In this document: positions 20,410-30,483 of the stretch, in pieces
Position numbering within the stretch: position 1 is the stretch's first letter
Layout: each line of letters starts with the position of its first letter
Assembly: GCA_022072255.1 (NCBI GenBank)
Contig: JAJVHZ010000011.1
Location: 39,540-103,539, forward strand
Origin: Gammaproteobacteria bacterium
GTDB taxonomy: Bacteria > Pseudomonadota > Gammaproteobacteria > JAJPIJ01
Length of the DNA: 64,000 nucleotides
Direction of reading: 5' to 3'
Notes under the pieces: model-generated
Databases searched by the model: none
What the model was told of the DNA's origin: nothing
The model's input: the letters and a program-made list of their open reading frames with translations, nothing else
Made by a program: the position numbers and the translations under genes

Positions 20410-21024
20410 CTAGGGCTCGGCGGAAGACTTGCTGCCGATGCGCGATTCCGTGCCGTCGATGAGCTTCCGGATGTTGGAGCGATGCCGCCAGAGGAGCAGC
20501 GCGACCATGGCGAGGATGGCCAGCACGCTCAGCGCTGGATAGCCGCGGAACCAGGCGTACAGCGGCGTGAGCACCGCTGCCGTGATCGCGGCGAGCGAGG
20601 ACAGCTTGCTCAGCCTGGCGACCACGAACCAGATCACCACGAAGAAGATGGCCAGCGGCCACGCGATGCCGAGCAGCGCGCCGATGAGGGTCGCCACTCC
20701 CTTGCCGCCCTGGAACTGGAAGAAGACGGGATACAGATGGCCCAGGAAGGCGGCGAATCCGATAGCCGCCAGCGCATCGATCGGCAGGCCCAGGGCGCGT
20801 CCGAGGAGCACCGGCAACAGCCCCTTCAGCGAATCGCCGAGCAGCGTCGCGGCGGCCGCCTTCCTGCCGGCGACGCGTAGCACGTTGGTGGCGCCCGGGT
20901 TGCCGGAACCGACGGTGCGCGGATCCGGCGCGCCGATCGCGCGGCAGACGATGATGGCCGCCGACAGGGAGCCGAGCAGATACGCGACGACGATGAGAAT
21001 GGCTGCGGTCATCAGGGCCGCCAT
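20410..21024 (-). CDS. plsY: Glycerol-3-phosphate acyltransferase PlsY
   Basis: About 205-aa membrane protein with GSGNPGATN and FKGGKGVAT motifs. Start at MAALMTAAIL. Confidence 0.85.
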   Translation of the reverse strand: MAALMTAAILIVVAYLLGSLSAAIIVCRAIGAPDPRTVGSGNPGATNVLRVAGRKAAAATLLGDSLKGLLPVLLGRALGLPIDALAAIGFAAFLGHLYPVFFQFQGGKGVATLIGALLGIAWPLAIFFVVIWFVVARLSKLSSLAAITAAVLTPLYAWFRGYPALSVLAILAMVALLLWRHRSNIRKLIDGTESRIGSKSSAEP

Positions 21025-21110
21025 TGGACTGGCTCGCGCTTGACAGGTCAAGATCGCATCGGTTTTAGTGGCGGGCGGGCAGGGCGATCAGAGAACATTC
21101 AAATAGATCC

Positions 21111-21464
21111 ATGGACATCGTCTACATCCACGACCTGCGCATCGAGGCGACCATCGGCGTGTTCGAGTGGGAGCGGCGCATACGTCAGACGCTGGTCATC
21201 GATCTGGACTTCGGCATCGACAACCGCCGGCCCGCCGCGACCGACGATCTGCGCGATACGATCGACTACGGCGCGGTCGCCACGCGCGTCACCGCCTACG
21301 TCGAGGAGAGCAATTTCAGCCTGGTGGAGACGCTGGCCGAGCGCATCGCCGAGCTACTGCTCAACGAATTCAACGTGCCGTGGGTGCGGTTGAAGATCAA
21401 CAAGCAGGGCGCGGTGCGCGGCGTGCGCGACGTCGGCGTGATCATCGAGCGCGGTCACTGCTGA
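21111..21464 (+). CDS. folB: Dihydroneopterin aldolase
   Basis: 117 aa beginning MDIVYIHDLRIEATIGVFEWER, typical of FolB. Neighbours plsY and tsaD as in E. coli. Confidence 0.85.
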   Translation: MDIVYIHDLRIEATIGVFEWERRIRQTLVIDLDFGIDNRRPAATDDLRDTIDYGAVATRVTAYVEESNFSLVETLAERIAELLLNEFNVPWVRLKINKQGAVRGVRDVGVIIERGHC

Positions 21465-21491
21465 TCACGCGGCGGCGCGCGAGGGGAGCGT

Positions 21492-21926
21492 ATGAAGAAA
21501 CTCGTCATGTTCATGGGCGCCGTCGGATTGCTGCTGGGCGGCTGCGGCAGCCTGCAGTCGCAGAAGCGGGCCAACGCGCTGTCCGACACGCTCAACGAGT
21601 ATCGCATCCTGATGCGCTGGGGGGATTACGAGAGCGCGCTCACCTATGTCCGGTTCCGCCCCGGCAAGGCCCAGGAGCTCCCAGAGGTGGATCTCGACGC
21701 GCTGAAACAGGTCCGGCTCGCGTCCTACGACGTGATCGAACAGGTCGTGACGCCGGAGGAGACCGAGGCGGAAGTCAAGGTGGCGATGACCTACTACCAC
21801 GAGGAATCCAACGTTCTGCACACCCTCATCCAGAGGCAGCACTGGTGGTACGACGGCGAGCGGAATCGCTGGTATCTCGAGACCGAGTTCCCGGACCTCA
21901 TCGGCAACATGCAGAAAGACCGTTGA
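21492..21926 (+). CDS. Hypothetical lipoprotein
   Basis: Lipobox LLGGCGS after a signal peptide. 144 aa with no confident family. Confidence 0.5.
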   Translation: MKKLVMFMGAVGLLLGGCGSLQSQKRANALSDTLNEYRILMRWGDYESALTYVRFRPGKAQELPEVDLDALKQVRLASYDVIEQVVTPEETEAEVKVAMTYYHEESNVLHTLIQRQHWWYDGERNRWYLETEFPDLIGNMQKDR

Positions 21927-23113
21927 GCGCGCGCACGGGATTGGACCTCCCGCCGCCCCCGCCGGAGGCCCGCGCCGTCAGCGAGGCCCTGGGCAGGCGT
22001 ATCCGCGATGCCATCGCCGCCGCGGGCGGCACCATTCCCTTCCGGCAGTACATGACGATGGCCTTGTACGAGCCCGGCCTCGGCTACTATTCCGCCGGCG
22101 CGGCCAAGTTCGGCGCCGCTGGCGATTTCGTCACCGCGCCGGAGATCTCGGCGCTGTTCGCGGCATGCCTCGCGCGCCAGGTAGGGCAGATCCTTGACGA
22201 CCTCGGCGGCGGCGAGGTGCTGGAGTTCGGCGCGGGCACCGGCCGGCTGGCGCGCGATCTCCTGCTCGAGCTCGAGCGCCTCGGCGCGCTGCCCGCCGCC
22301 TATCTCATCCTGGAGGTGAGCGCCGATCTGCGTGAGCGACAGCGCCAACTGCTGGCTGGGCTGCCGCCGGCGCTCGCCGGTCGCGTGCGCTGGCTGGATG
22401 CGTTGCCGGGCGAATTCGCCGGAGTGGCGCTCGCCAACGAGGTGCTCGACGCCATTCCGGTGACCCTGCTGCGCAAGGAGGGCGTGCGTGGCTGGAGCGA
22501 GCTGCACGTGGGTCTGGCGGCGGGAGGTTTCTGCTGGGAGGCGACGCCGCTGACCGCGGGCTCGGCGCTCGCCGACTACATCGACTCCATCGAGCGCGAA
22601 TACGGGCCGCTGCCGCCGGGATACACCACCGAGGTCTGCATGGAATTGCGCCCCTGGTTCGAGGCGCTGGCCGCGGCCATGAATCGCGGCGCTGCGCTGA
22701 TCATCGATTACGGCTACAGCCGGCGCGAGTACTACCACCCGGATCGCACCGCCGGCACGCTGCTGTGCCATTACCGCCAGCGCGCGCACGCCGACCCCCT
22801 GGTGTACACGGGCTTGCAGGACGTCACCGCCTCGGTCGACTTCACGGCGGCGGCCGAGGCTGCGCAGGACGCCGGCTTCGCGGTCGCCGGTTATACCACC
22901 CAGGCACGGTTTCTCCTGTCGCTGGGTCTGCTGGATCTCGTCGGTGAGCGCGCCGCGGCCGATCGCAGGCGGGAGGTCGAGCTGGCGCAGCAGGTGCGGC
23001 GCCTTTCCCTGCCCGCCGAGATGGGCGAGCGCTTCAAGGTGCTGGCGCTGCTGCGCGGCGTGGTGACGGGGCTACAGGGTTTCCGCGCCGGCGATCTGCT
23101 GCACAGGCTCTGA
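21923..23113 (+). CDS. Class I SAM-dependent methyltransferase, MidA/NDUFAF7 (DUF185) family
   Basis: Contains GDFVTAPEISALFA and LEFGAGTGRLARDLL motifs. Only the 3' part of the track's long ORF is genic. Start proposed at TTG 21923, overlapping the upstream stop. Confidence 0.6.
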   Translation: MSARTGLDLPPPPPEARAVSEALGRRIRDAIAAAGGTIPFRQYMTMALYEPGLGYYSAGAAKFGAAGDFVTAPEISALFAACLARQVGQILDDLGGGEVLEFGAGTGRLARDLLLELERLGALPAAYLILEVSADLRERQRQLLAGLPPALAGRVRWLDALPGEFAGVALANEVLDAIPVTLLRKEGVRGWSELHVGLAAGGFCWEATPLTAGSALADYIDSIEREYGPLPPGYTTEVCMELRPWFEALAAAMNRGAALIIDYGYSRREYYHPDRTAGTLLCHYRQRAHADPLVYTGLQDVTASVDFTAAAEAAQDAGFAVAGYTTQARFLLSLGLLDLVGERAAADRRREVELAQQVRRLSLPAEMGERFKVLALLRGVVTGLQGFRAGDLLHRL

Positions 23114-23180
23114 GTCGCAGGGCGGCGAGTACTGCGCGAGGGCGGCGTGCGCATGATCACCACCCTCGCGCCTCGGGGCT

Positions 23181-23492
23181 CTACTGCGGCGGAAGCTGGT
23201 CGGCACCGCCTTCGGTTGTCGGCTGGCTGGTGACCGGGGCCGGCACGGCCGCCGGCATCACCCTGGCTGGGGCCTTTCTCTTCGCGGGCCTCCTGCGAGC
23301 CGGAGTCTTCTTCGCCGCGGCCTTCTTCTTCTTCGGTTTCGCGGCGGCCTTCTTCTTTTTCGCCGCCGGTCTGCGAGCCGGGGCCTTCTTCCTCGCCTTC
23401 TTGCGTGCTGGCGCCCGGCGTGCGGGTGCCTTCTTCTTCGCCGCCTTCTTCTTGCCCTTCTTTGCCGGACGTGACTTCTTTCTTGCAGCCAT
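23181..23492 (-). CDS. Histone H1-like (AlgP/Hc-like) lysine/alanine/proline-rich nucleoid-associated protein
   Basis: 103 aa made of AKK/KKAPAR/KPKKKKAAA repeats. The plus-strand frame is a poly-F/A artefact of the same repeats. Confidence 0.55.
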   Translation of the reverse strand: MAARKKSRPAKKGKKKAAKKKAPARRAPARKKARKKAPARRPAAKKKKAAAKPKKKKAAAKKTPARRRPAKRKAPARVMPAAVPAPVTSQPTTEGGADQLPPQ

Positions 23493-23671
23493 TTATCCCC
23501 CCATCGATCACGATTGAAAAGACTGGATGAACCGCAACTCCGCTGCGGAGTTTAGGTCTGCACAATCTGACTGGCAAGGTGCGCGCGGAAAACGTCGGTC
23601 CATTGACTCGCGATGTGTCCGGCGTGCGGTTCGGTACGCGGCTGCCGGCGCGGGATGCGCACCGTCGAAGC

Positions 23672-24280
23672 TCATCGCCGCGGCGGCCTGCCGTTGCGCA
23701 GCAGTTGCGGGCGGCGATAGCAGCGGACGCTGTGATCGTTGACCAGGCCGGTGGCCTGCATGTGCGCGTAGCAGATGGTCGTACCGACGAAACTGAAGCC
23801 GCGCCGCTTCAGTTCCTTGCTCATGGCGTCGGACTCCGGCGTGCGGGCGGGATAGTCCCGTAGCGTGCGCAGCGTGTGCACGAGGGGCCTGCCGTCGACG
23901 AACTGCCAGAGGAAACCGGCGAAGCTGTCCGTCTGCGCCCGCAGCTCGAGGTAGCGCCGCGCGTTGTTGATGGCGCCGAGGATCTTCTGCTCGTTGCGGA
24001 TGATGCCGGGATTCTGCATCAGCCGCGCCACCTTGCGGCGGTCGTAACGGGCAATCCGGGCGGGGTCGAAGCCGTCGAAGGCGGCGCGGTAGTTCTCGCG
24101 CTTGCGCAGCACCGTGTACCAGCTCAGCCCGGCCTGTGCCGCCTCCAGGGTGAGGTATTCGAACATCAGCCGGTCGTCGTGCACCGGCACGCCCCATTCC
24201 TCGTCGTGATAGGCGACGTAGTCCGGCTTGCTCATGTCGACCCATGGGCAGCGTCGGGTCTTCGCGGGTAGGGATGCCAT
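23672..24280 (-). CDS. tag: DNA-3-methyladenine glycosylase I
   Basis: CPWVDMSKPDYVAYHDEEWGVPVHDDRLMFEYLTLEAAQAGLSW matches Tag, including the zinc-binding Cys/His positions. Start at MASLPAK (24280). Confidence 0.85.
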   Translation of the reverse strand: MASLPAKTRRCPWVDMSKPDYVAYHDEEWGVPVHDDRLMFEYLTLEAAQAGLSWYTVLRKRENYRAAFDGFDPARIARYDRRKVARLMQNPGIIRNEQKILGAINNARRYLELRAQTDSFAGFLWQFVDGRPLVHTLRTLRDYPARTPESDAMSKELKRRGFSFVGTTICYAHMQATGLVNDHSVRCYRRPQLLRNGRPPRR

Positions 24281-24363
24281 AGAGACAACCTTAGCCCGCA
24301 AGGCGGTAGTGTCCCAGTACCGCGCACGGCGCCCCGCGGTTCGGCACGACCGGCCGCCGGCGT

Positions 24364-25845
24364 TCAGTCGGCGCGCACCGCGCGCTCGCGGGCCCACGCC
24401 CGCAAGGCCGCCATGCGCTCGGCCATCACCACCGACAGCGGTCGGGTGCGCCTGATCTCCGCGGCGATGAGCGCGCCGGTCAGCGGTTTGCCCTCGGCAT
24501 GGGCCTCGTAGAGCGAGGAGACGATGGCCTGTTCGATCTCCGCGCCGGCGAAGCCCTCGCTGAGCGCAGCCAGCCCGTTCAGATCGAATTGCGCGGGGTC
24601 GAGCTTGCGGCGTTTCAGGTGGATACGCAGTATGTCGCGCCGCGCCTCGAGGTCGGGCAGATCGACGAAGAAGATCTCGTCGAACCGGCCCTTGCGCAGC
24701 AGTTCCGGCGGAAGTCCCTGTATGTCGTTGGCGGTGGCGACGATGAACACGCGAGTATCGCGTTCCGAGAGCCAGGTGAGCAGCGTCCCGAGCACGCGTC
24801 GCGACACCCCGCCGTCGACACCGCTGCCGTGGTCGGTGGCCAGGCCCTTCTCGATCTCGTCGATCCAGAGCACGCAGGGTTGCATGCCCTCGGCGGCCTT
24901 CAGCGCCTCGCGCAGGTTGCGCTCGGTCTCGCCGAAGAACTTGTTGTACAGCGTGGCGAAATCCAGCCGCATCAGCGGCAGCCCCCAGGCGCCGGCGACG
25001 GCCTTCGCCGCCAGGCTCTTGCCGCTGCCCTGCACGCCGGTCAGCAGGATGCCCTTGGGCCGATCGATCCCGGTCTTCTCCGGATCGCCGGCGAAGGCCT
25101 TGCGGCGCACGTCCAGCCAGCGCTTCAGCGCCTTCAGTCCGCCGACCGCGTCGAAGTTGCAGGTGTCCAGCTCCAGCGACAGCGTGCTCTCGGCGTCCAG
25201 CGCGCTCTGCTTGTAGCGGGTGATTCGGTCAAGGTCCTCGCGCGTGATGGCGCCGTCGTGGGCGATGGCCTCGCGCACGAGGCGGCGCGCGTCTTCGTAG
25301 CACAGCCCGGTCAGGTGCCGGGCGAACTGGCGGATGACGTCCGGCTCGGTCCGTATGCGCTGGCCGGCGTCGCGCTCCCACGCCTGGATCTCCTCCATGA
25401 GCAGCTGCCAGAGCTGGCCGGTGTCCGGCATCTTCAGGCTGAAACGCGCGCTCATGCGCAGGAGTTCCTTCGGCAGCTCCAGCTGCGGGCTGATGAAGAC
25501 CAGCGTGCGCGGGGATTTCGGGTAGTCGAGCGCAATCTCGCGCACCAGGCGCAGGTTCAGCGGTTCCTTCAGAAACGGATGCGCGTCCAGGAACACGTAG
25601 ACGCCGCTGAAGATCGTGCGGTCGATATGGCGCAGGGCGTCGGTGAGATCGGTGGTGCTGGGCGTGGCCGCCTGCGCCCCGCGCCGGTTCAGGCCCCCGG
25701 TCACCGACCAGGTGAACAGGGCCAGCTCCTCGAGATTGGTGACCCGCTCCAGCAGTGCCAGCACGCGGCTTTCCTCGTGCGTCTCGATGAGCACGATGGG
25801 GAGGCGCGACTTCAGGATGACGGTGAGGTCGTGGGAGTCGTTCAC
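24364..25845 (-). CDS. AAA+ family ATPase (single AAA module, CDC48/FtsH-like)
   Basis: Walker A GVQGSGKS and Walker B VLWIDEIE, plus an arginine-finger region. No in-frame ATG, so start proposed at GTG 25845 with GGGGAA upstream. Confidence 0.7.
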   Translation of the reverse strand: MNDSHDLTVILKSRLPIVLIETHEESRVLALLERVTNLEELALFTWSVTGGLNRRGAQAATPSTTDLTDALRHIDRTIFSGVYVFLDAHPFLKEPLNLRLVREIALDYPKSPRTLVFISPQLELPKELLRMSARFSLKMPDTGQLWQLLMEEIQAWERDAGQRIRTEPDVIRQFARHLTGLCYEDARRLVREAIAHDGAITREDLDRITRYKQSALDAESTLSLELDTCNFDAVGGLKALKRWLDVRRKAFAGDPEKTGIDRPKGILLTGVQGSGKSLAAKAVAGAWGLPLMRLDFATLYNKFFGETERNLREALKAAEGMQPCVLWIDEIEKGLATDHGSGVDGGVSRRVLGTLLTWLSERDTRVFIVATANDIQGLPPELLRKGRFDEIFFVDLPDLEARRDILRIHLKRRKLDPAQFDLNGLAALSEGFAGAEIEQAIVSSLYEAHAEGKPLTGALIAAEIRRTRPLSVVMAERMAALRAWARERAVRAD

Positions 25846-25859
25846 GGATGTTCCCCGGC

Positions 25860-27098
25860 TCAGCGGCTGGTGTCGGCTCGGCGTGCATCGTCGATGGCAC
25901 TTATGCGCCGCTTCTGCAATTCCTGTGCAAAATCCTCGCCTTCCAGCCCCATGGCGCGCAGCGCGCCGGCATCCACGCCCCGTGCCGCCCGTAGTGCGGC
26001 ACGCGCCAGCGCGGCCTGCGGGTAGGAGCGCTCTTCCAGCCCGAGGCGACCGCGAAAATCCGCCTCGCATGCGAGCAGGAACAGCTCGAAGCGATCCGGT
26101 CGGCGGAACGCATCACAGCCCTGCAGCAGCTTGAGCACGGTGGCCGCCTTGACGTCACCGATGCGGTGACAGATGCCGTGGAAGCGGGCGACGATGAGCG
26201 CCAGGTCGCGAAAGTGGTTGGGGGCCCGGTATCGACGGCACAGCCCGCGCAGCAGCTCGACGCTGCGCTCCTCGTGGCCGTAGTGCCTCGGCAGCACCTC
26301 AGCAGGGGTCGTGCCCTTGCCGAGGTCGTGGGTGAGCGCGGCGAAGCGCACGGTGGCCTCGCCCGAGAGCCGAGCTGCCTGATCCACGACCATCAGCAGA
26401 TGCACGCCGGTGTCGACCTCCGGATGATAGTCCGCGCGCTGCGGCACCCCGAAGAGCCTGTCGATCTCGGGAAAGAGCACGGCCAGCGCGCCGCAGTCCC
26501 GCAGCACCTCCAGGAACCGGCGTGGCCGCGACTCGCCCAGCGCGCGCTCGAGTTCCTGCCAGACGCGCTCGGGCGTGAGATCGGCCAGTTCGCCGCCCGC
26601 GCTCATCGCCCGCAACAGCTCCATCGTCTCCCCGGCGACACGGAATCCGAAGCGCGCCGCGAACCGGGCCACGCGCAGCACGCGCAGCGGATCCTCGACG
26701 AACGCCGGCGAGACGTGGCGAAGCAGGCCGGCCCTCAGGTCGGCCTGGCCGTTGTAGGGGTCGATGAGCGTGCCGTCTTCGGCCTCCGCCATCGCGTTGA
26801 TGGTCAGGTCGCGGCGGCGCAGGTCCTCCTCGAGCGTGACCTCCGGGGAGGCGTGCACGCGAAAGCCCTTGTAGCCGCGGCCCGACTTCCGCTCCGTGCG
26901 GGCGAGCGCGTATTCCTCCCTGGTGACGGGGTGCAGGAAGACGGGGAAGTCACGCCCGACGGGTTTGTAGCCGAGTGCCTGCATCTGCTCGGGCGTGGCG
27001 CCGACCACCACCCAATCGCAGTCCTGCACCGGTTTTCCGAGCAACCGGTCGCGCACCGCGCCGCCGACCCGGTAGACCTGCATCGAGGGCGGAGTCAT
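25860..27098 (-). CDS. cca: Multifunctional CCA-adding tRNA nucleotidyltransferase/phosphohydrolase
   Basis: [16 protein letters not shown] head domain and a C-terminal HD domain (HDLGK). Start at 27098, with 27083 as an alternative. Confidence 0.85.
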   Translation of the reverse strand: MTPPSMQVYRVGGAVRDRLLGKPVQDCDWVVVGATPEQMQALGYKPVGRDFPVFLHPVTREEYALARTERKSGRGYKGFRVHASPEVTLEEDLRRRDLTINAMAEAEDGTLIDPYNGQADLRAGLLRHVSPAFVEDPLRVLRVARFAARFGFRVAGETMELLRAMSAGGELADLTPERVWQELERALGESRPRRFLEVLRDCGALAVLFPEIDRLFGVPQRADYHPEVDTGVHLLMVVDQAARLSGEATVRFAALTHDLGKGTTPAEVLPRHYGHEERSVELLRGLCRRYRAPNHFRDLALIVARFHGICHRIGDVKAATVLKLLQGCDAFRRPDRFELFLLACEADFRGRLGLEERSYPQAALARAALRAARGVDAGALRAMGLEGEDFAQELQKRRISAIDDARRADTSR

Positions 27099-27216
27099 GG
27101 CTGGATGGTCGTCATCTGGATCCGGGGCGGACCCCGGAGAGGCTGGCGCATCGCCGCGGGATCGCCGGTCTCCGGCGCCAGGCGCGCGGCGCGGCCGCTG
27201 CAGGGGCGCCGGCGCA

Positions 27217-28188
27217 TCAATAGGCGCGTGCGCGGCCGGCCTCGCTGCGATATTCGGCGTAGCGCGCCCGCGAGTAGCGGTGCGCCAGGTACTGTGGCGC
27301 GATGGTCTCCAGGGGGGTTGGCGTGACCCCCAGCGTCGCGAGGCCATTCTCGCCGCTGCATACACTGTCGATGCTCAGCGAGCGCAGGTTGTCGCGCGAC
27401 AGCGGCTTGCCGGGCACGTACTCCATGACGCCGGCCTGCAGGCGTGAGAGGAAATCGCCCAGGCCGATGACGACCGCTCGCGACCCGATCAGCCTGCGGG
27501 TGTAAAGGACCAGCTCGCGCAAGGTGTAGATGCGCGGTCCGCACAGGTCGTAGCGCCTGCCGAAGGTCGTCTTCTCGCGCAGCGCGCGCGCGTAGGCCTC
27601 CACGACGTCGCCGACATGGACCGGGGCAAAGCGGGCATCGGGCCTGGCCAGCGGCAGCACCGGGGACAGGCGCAGCAGTCCGGCGAAGCGGTTCAGAAAA
27701 CTGTCCTCCGGTCCGAAGATGACCGAGGGCCGGAACACCGTCACCTGCAGGCCGGCGCCGCCGGCGGCCATGACGTGGTCCTCGGCGATGCCCTTGCTGC
27801 GCAGATAATTGCTCGGTCCCTGCGGCGAGGCGTGCAGCGCGCTCATGTGCAGCAGCCGTCTGGTGCCGTTGCGCTTGCAGAAATCGATGACGCGCGTGCT
27901 GAACTCGACGTGCGCCTTGTGGAAGCCGCGCCCCTGATCGCCGCGCTCGTTGAGGATCCCTACCAGGTTGATGACGGCATCGGCCCCCTCCATCGCCTCG
28001 CGCAGTCGCATCGGGTCGTGGACGTCGACCTCGATGACCTCCACGGTGGGGATTACCAGCAGGTGACGGCTGCGCTCGCGATTGCGGGTCAGCACGCGCA
28101 CGCGGCAGCCCTCCATGTGCAGCCGGTTGACGAGGTGGCGGCCGACGAAACCGCTGCCTCCCAGAACGCAAACGTTACGGATCTGCAT
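27217..28188 (-). CDS. NAD(P)-dependent epimerase/dehydratase family protein (complex I NDUFA9-like)
   Basis: N-terminal [15 protein letters not shown] Rossmann motif. 323 aa. Confidence 0.7.
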   Translation of the reverse strand: MQIRNVCVLGGSGFVGRHLVNRLHMEGCRVRVLTRNRERSRHLLVIPTVEVIEVDVHDPMRLREAMEGADAVINLVGILNERGDQGRGFHKAHVEFSTRVIDFCKRNGTRRLLHMSALHASPQGPSNYLRSKGIAEDHVMAAGGAGLQVTVFRPSVIFGPEDSFLNRFAGLLRLSPVLPLARPDARFAPVHVGDVVEAYARALREKTTFGRRYDLCGPRIYTLRELVLYTRRLIGSRAVVIGLGDFLSRLQAGVMEYVPGKPLSRDNLRSLSIDSVCSGENGLATLGVTPTPLETIAPQYLAHRYSRARYAEYRSEAGRARAY

Positions 28189-28236
28189 TGCTGCCTCCAG
28201 ACTGACGGGTTCTGCGCGGCGACGCGGGCGGACCGC

Positions 28237-30264
28237 TCACGGCGACCCCGGCCCAAGCTGCGCAAGCCCGGGACCGGAGTCGCAGCTGGCCGGCGTGGTG
28301 CTCTCCGCGGCGACGTACGCCACGCGCTCGCGCAGCGGCCGGACCTTCTCCTGCAGGCGCATCTCGTAGAGTGCGGTGTAGAAGAGGATGTTGCGCACGT
28401 AGCGGCGCGTCTCGGTGAACGGAATCGTGTCCACCCAGATGTCGGCCTCGATGCAGTCACGCAGCGGCCGCCATTTCTTCACCCGCAGCGGGCCGGCATT
28501 GTACGCGGCTGCCGCCATCGCGAGGTTGCCGCCGTGCCTGTCGAGCATGTCGCGCAGGTAGGCCGAGCCGATCATCACGTTGGACTGCGCGCGCAGCAGG
28601 TCCGCGGTCGTGTGCGACGACAGGCCGATGCGCCTGGCGGTCAGCTTGCCGGTCGCGGGCATGACCTGCATCAGGCCGAGCGCCCCGGCGGGAGAGCGGG
28701 CGAATTCGTTGAAGGCGCTCTCCGAGCGGATGAAGCTCAGCATCACCGCCGGCTCGAGGTTGCGCTCGCGCGCGTAGCGCTCGACGACGTCGGTGTAGCC
28801 GAGCGGGAATCGCACCTCGAGGTCGTCGTATTCCCTGGCCTTGCCGAGCGAGGCGATCGCGCGGTCGTACCACTGCAGCCGGTGCGCGGCCGCCGCCGCC
28901 TCCATGAGTCCCTGCCTGTCCAGGCTGGCGATCTCGAAAGTCCATTCCGCCCGCGCCGGCGCATCGAGCTCCAGGACGTGCAGCTCGCGCGCCCGCTCGA
29001 TCCCCGGCCTGCTCAGGAAGGAGGCCACCTGCGCCGCGGAAACGGGCAGGGGCCGGTGATTGAAGCTGTAGGGGGCGCCGAGGATACCTGCCGACATCAG
29101 TCCGTAGTAGTCACGTTCCGCTACCAGCTGCCGGAAGATCGTCTCGGCCTCGTCCTGCCGGCCCAGTTGCTGCAGCGCGCGCGCGCGCCAGTACAGCCAG
29201 CGCGAGGCGTTCATGTCGTCGGCTGCAGGCCGCGTTGTCCAGCGCGTGATGCGATTCCAGTCGCGATGCTCCAGCGCCGCCATCAACTGCGCACGTTGCA
29301 GGTCCGCGCTTGTGTTTCCCTCCGGGACCTCATCGAGGATTGCGAGCGCGTCGGAGCGCTCCTGACGCACGGCGGCCATGGCGATGCCCGCGGCGATCCG
29401 TCCCCGTTCCTCGGAACTGAACTGGTAATCCTCGTGCCGTCTCTGCCACTCGGTGGCGGCCGCGCCGGCATTGCGGCGCGCGAGCCGCTCTACGCCGCTG
29501 CGCACGATGGCGCGCGTGACCGGCGTGTCGGCGCGCAGCAGCGGGCTGCCGAGATGTTTCTGCGGGTCGCTGGCGACGTCCTGCCAGACCTTCAGCAACG
29601 GTGGCTGCCATTCAGGCAGTGCGCGGGCCAGCTGTTGCGCCAGCGCGGTGTTGCCCTCGTCGAGCGCCAGGCCGAGACGCCGCAGCACGGTGTCCGCGGT
29701 CAACGCGCCCGTGCGGCCGAGCCAGTCGTCGACCGCGTCGCACGCCGGCGGCAACGACACACCGGTCATCCACAGTTCGAACGCCTCGGCCTCGAGCGCC
29801 GCCGGCGGACTATCGGCCGCCACCAGTGCCTGGACGTGCGCGCACCGCAGCGGGATCTTCTGCTGAGGGGCATAGTCGGCGAGAAATTCCGTCCATCGCT
29901 CCTGCCTCGCGAGCATCGTCAGCCATTGCGTGCGCAGGCGCTCACCGGCCATCGTCCCGGCATTGTCCGCGAGGAACTGCCGCACCGCGGCGCGCGCGGC
30001 CTCGATCCCGTCCTTATCCAGCCTGTGCCGCAGGGATTCGTACTGCAGGTGTGGGTAGAGCAGGTAGTCCTCCAGGCCCGCGCTCAGGCTCTCGCCCCTG
30101 GCGAAATCCCTGGACTGAAAGGCGCTGTAGGCGCGGCGGAACTGCGCGCGCACCGCGTCGCCGGCTGCGGACGCCGGTCCCGCCGCGCCCGTGGTCAGGG
30201 CGCAGAGCAGCAGGACGACGCGACCGGTACGGCGCCGCCAGGGCGGCAAGCGATGCACACGCAT
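28237..30264 (-). CDS. slt: Soluble lytic murein transglycosylase (Slt70 family)
   Basis: Signal peptide, a superhelical N-terminal domain and a C-terminal lysozyme-like catalytic domain (ESAFNEFARSPAGALGLMQVMPATG ... AYNAGP). Confidence 0.85.
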   Translation of the reverse strand: MRVHRLPPWRRRTGRVVLLLCALTTGAAGPASAAGDAVRAQFRRAYSAFQSRDFARGESLSAGLEDYLLYPHLQYESLRHRLDKDGIEAARAAVRQFLADNAGTMAGERLRTQWLTMLARQERWTEFLADYAPQQKIPLRCAHVQALVAADSPPAALEAEAFELWMTGVSLPPACDAVDDWLGRTGALTADTVLRRLGLALDEGNTALAQQLARALPEWQPPLLKVWQDVASDPQKHLGSPLLRADTPVTRAIVRSGVERLARRNAGAAATEWQRRHEDYQFSSEERGRIAAGIAMAAVRQERSDALAILDEVPEGNTSADLQRAQLMAALEHRDWNRITRWTTRPAADDMNASRWLYWRARALQQLGRQDEAETIFRQLVAERDYYGLMSAGILGAPYSFNHRPLPVSAAQVASFLSRPGIERARELHVLELDAPARAEWTFEIASLDRQGLMEAAAAAHRLQWYDRAIASLGKAREYDDLEVRFPLGYTDVVERYARERNLEPAVMLSFIRSESAFNEFARSPAGALGLMQVMPATGKLTARRIGLSSHTTADLLRAQSNVMIGSAYLRDMLDRHGGNLAMAAAAYNAGPLRVKKWRPLRDCIEADIWVDTIPFTETRRYVRNILFYTALYEMRLQEKVRPLRERVAYVAAESTTPASCDSGPGLAQLGPGSP

Positions 30265-30483
30265 GCGCTAATTGTTGCCGGCATGTGGCTTGCGCACAAG
30301 ACGCCGGTGTGGGATGGTCGCTGCGCCGCGGCGGCGGCCCCGGCGAGACAGGAGTTCGGGGCGCCGCGAGCGGTCACCGCCTCGTCGCAGCGGCCGCGCA
30401 GATCGGCGGCGAGATCTGCGATCATCCCGCCGGCAGGCTCCCCGGGGCCGCTCGCCCGAGCCCCACGGAGACTCGAACCCCGC

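Noticed and set aside
21167-21925. 5' part of the 648-aa track ORF (21167-23113) as part of the methyltransferase gene
   Set aside because: This portion overlaps folB and the lipoprotein gene in another frame. Only the region from about 21923 onward encodes the MidA-like domain.
23230-23517. Repetitive tract that could be mistaken for a CRISPR-like or tandem repeat array / plus-strand poly-F/A ORF
   Set aside because: The repeats are codon-level (cttctt / gccgcc) and come from the lysine/alanine-rich histone H1-like gene on the minus strand. There are no spacer-repeat units of fixed length.
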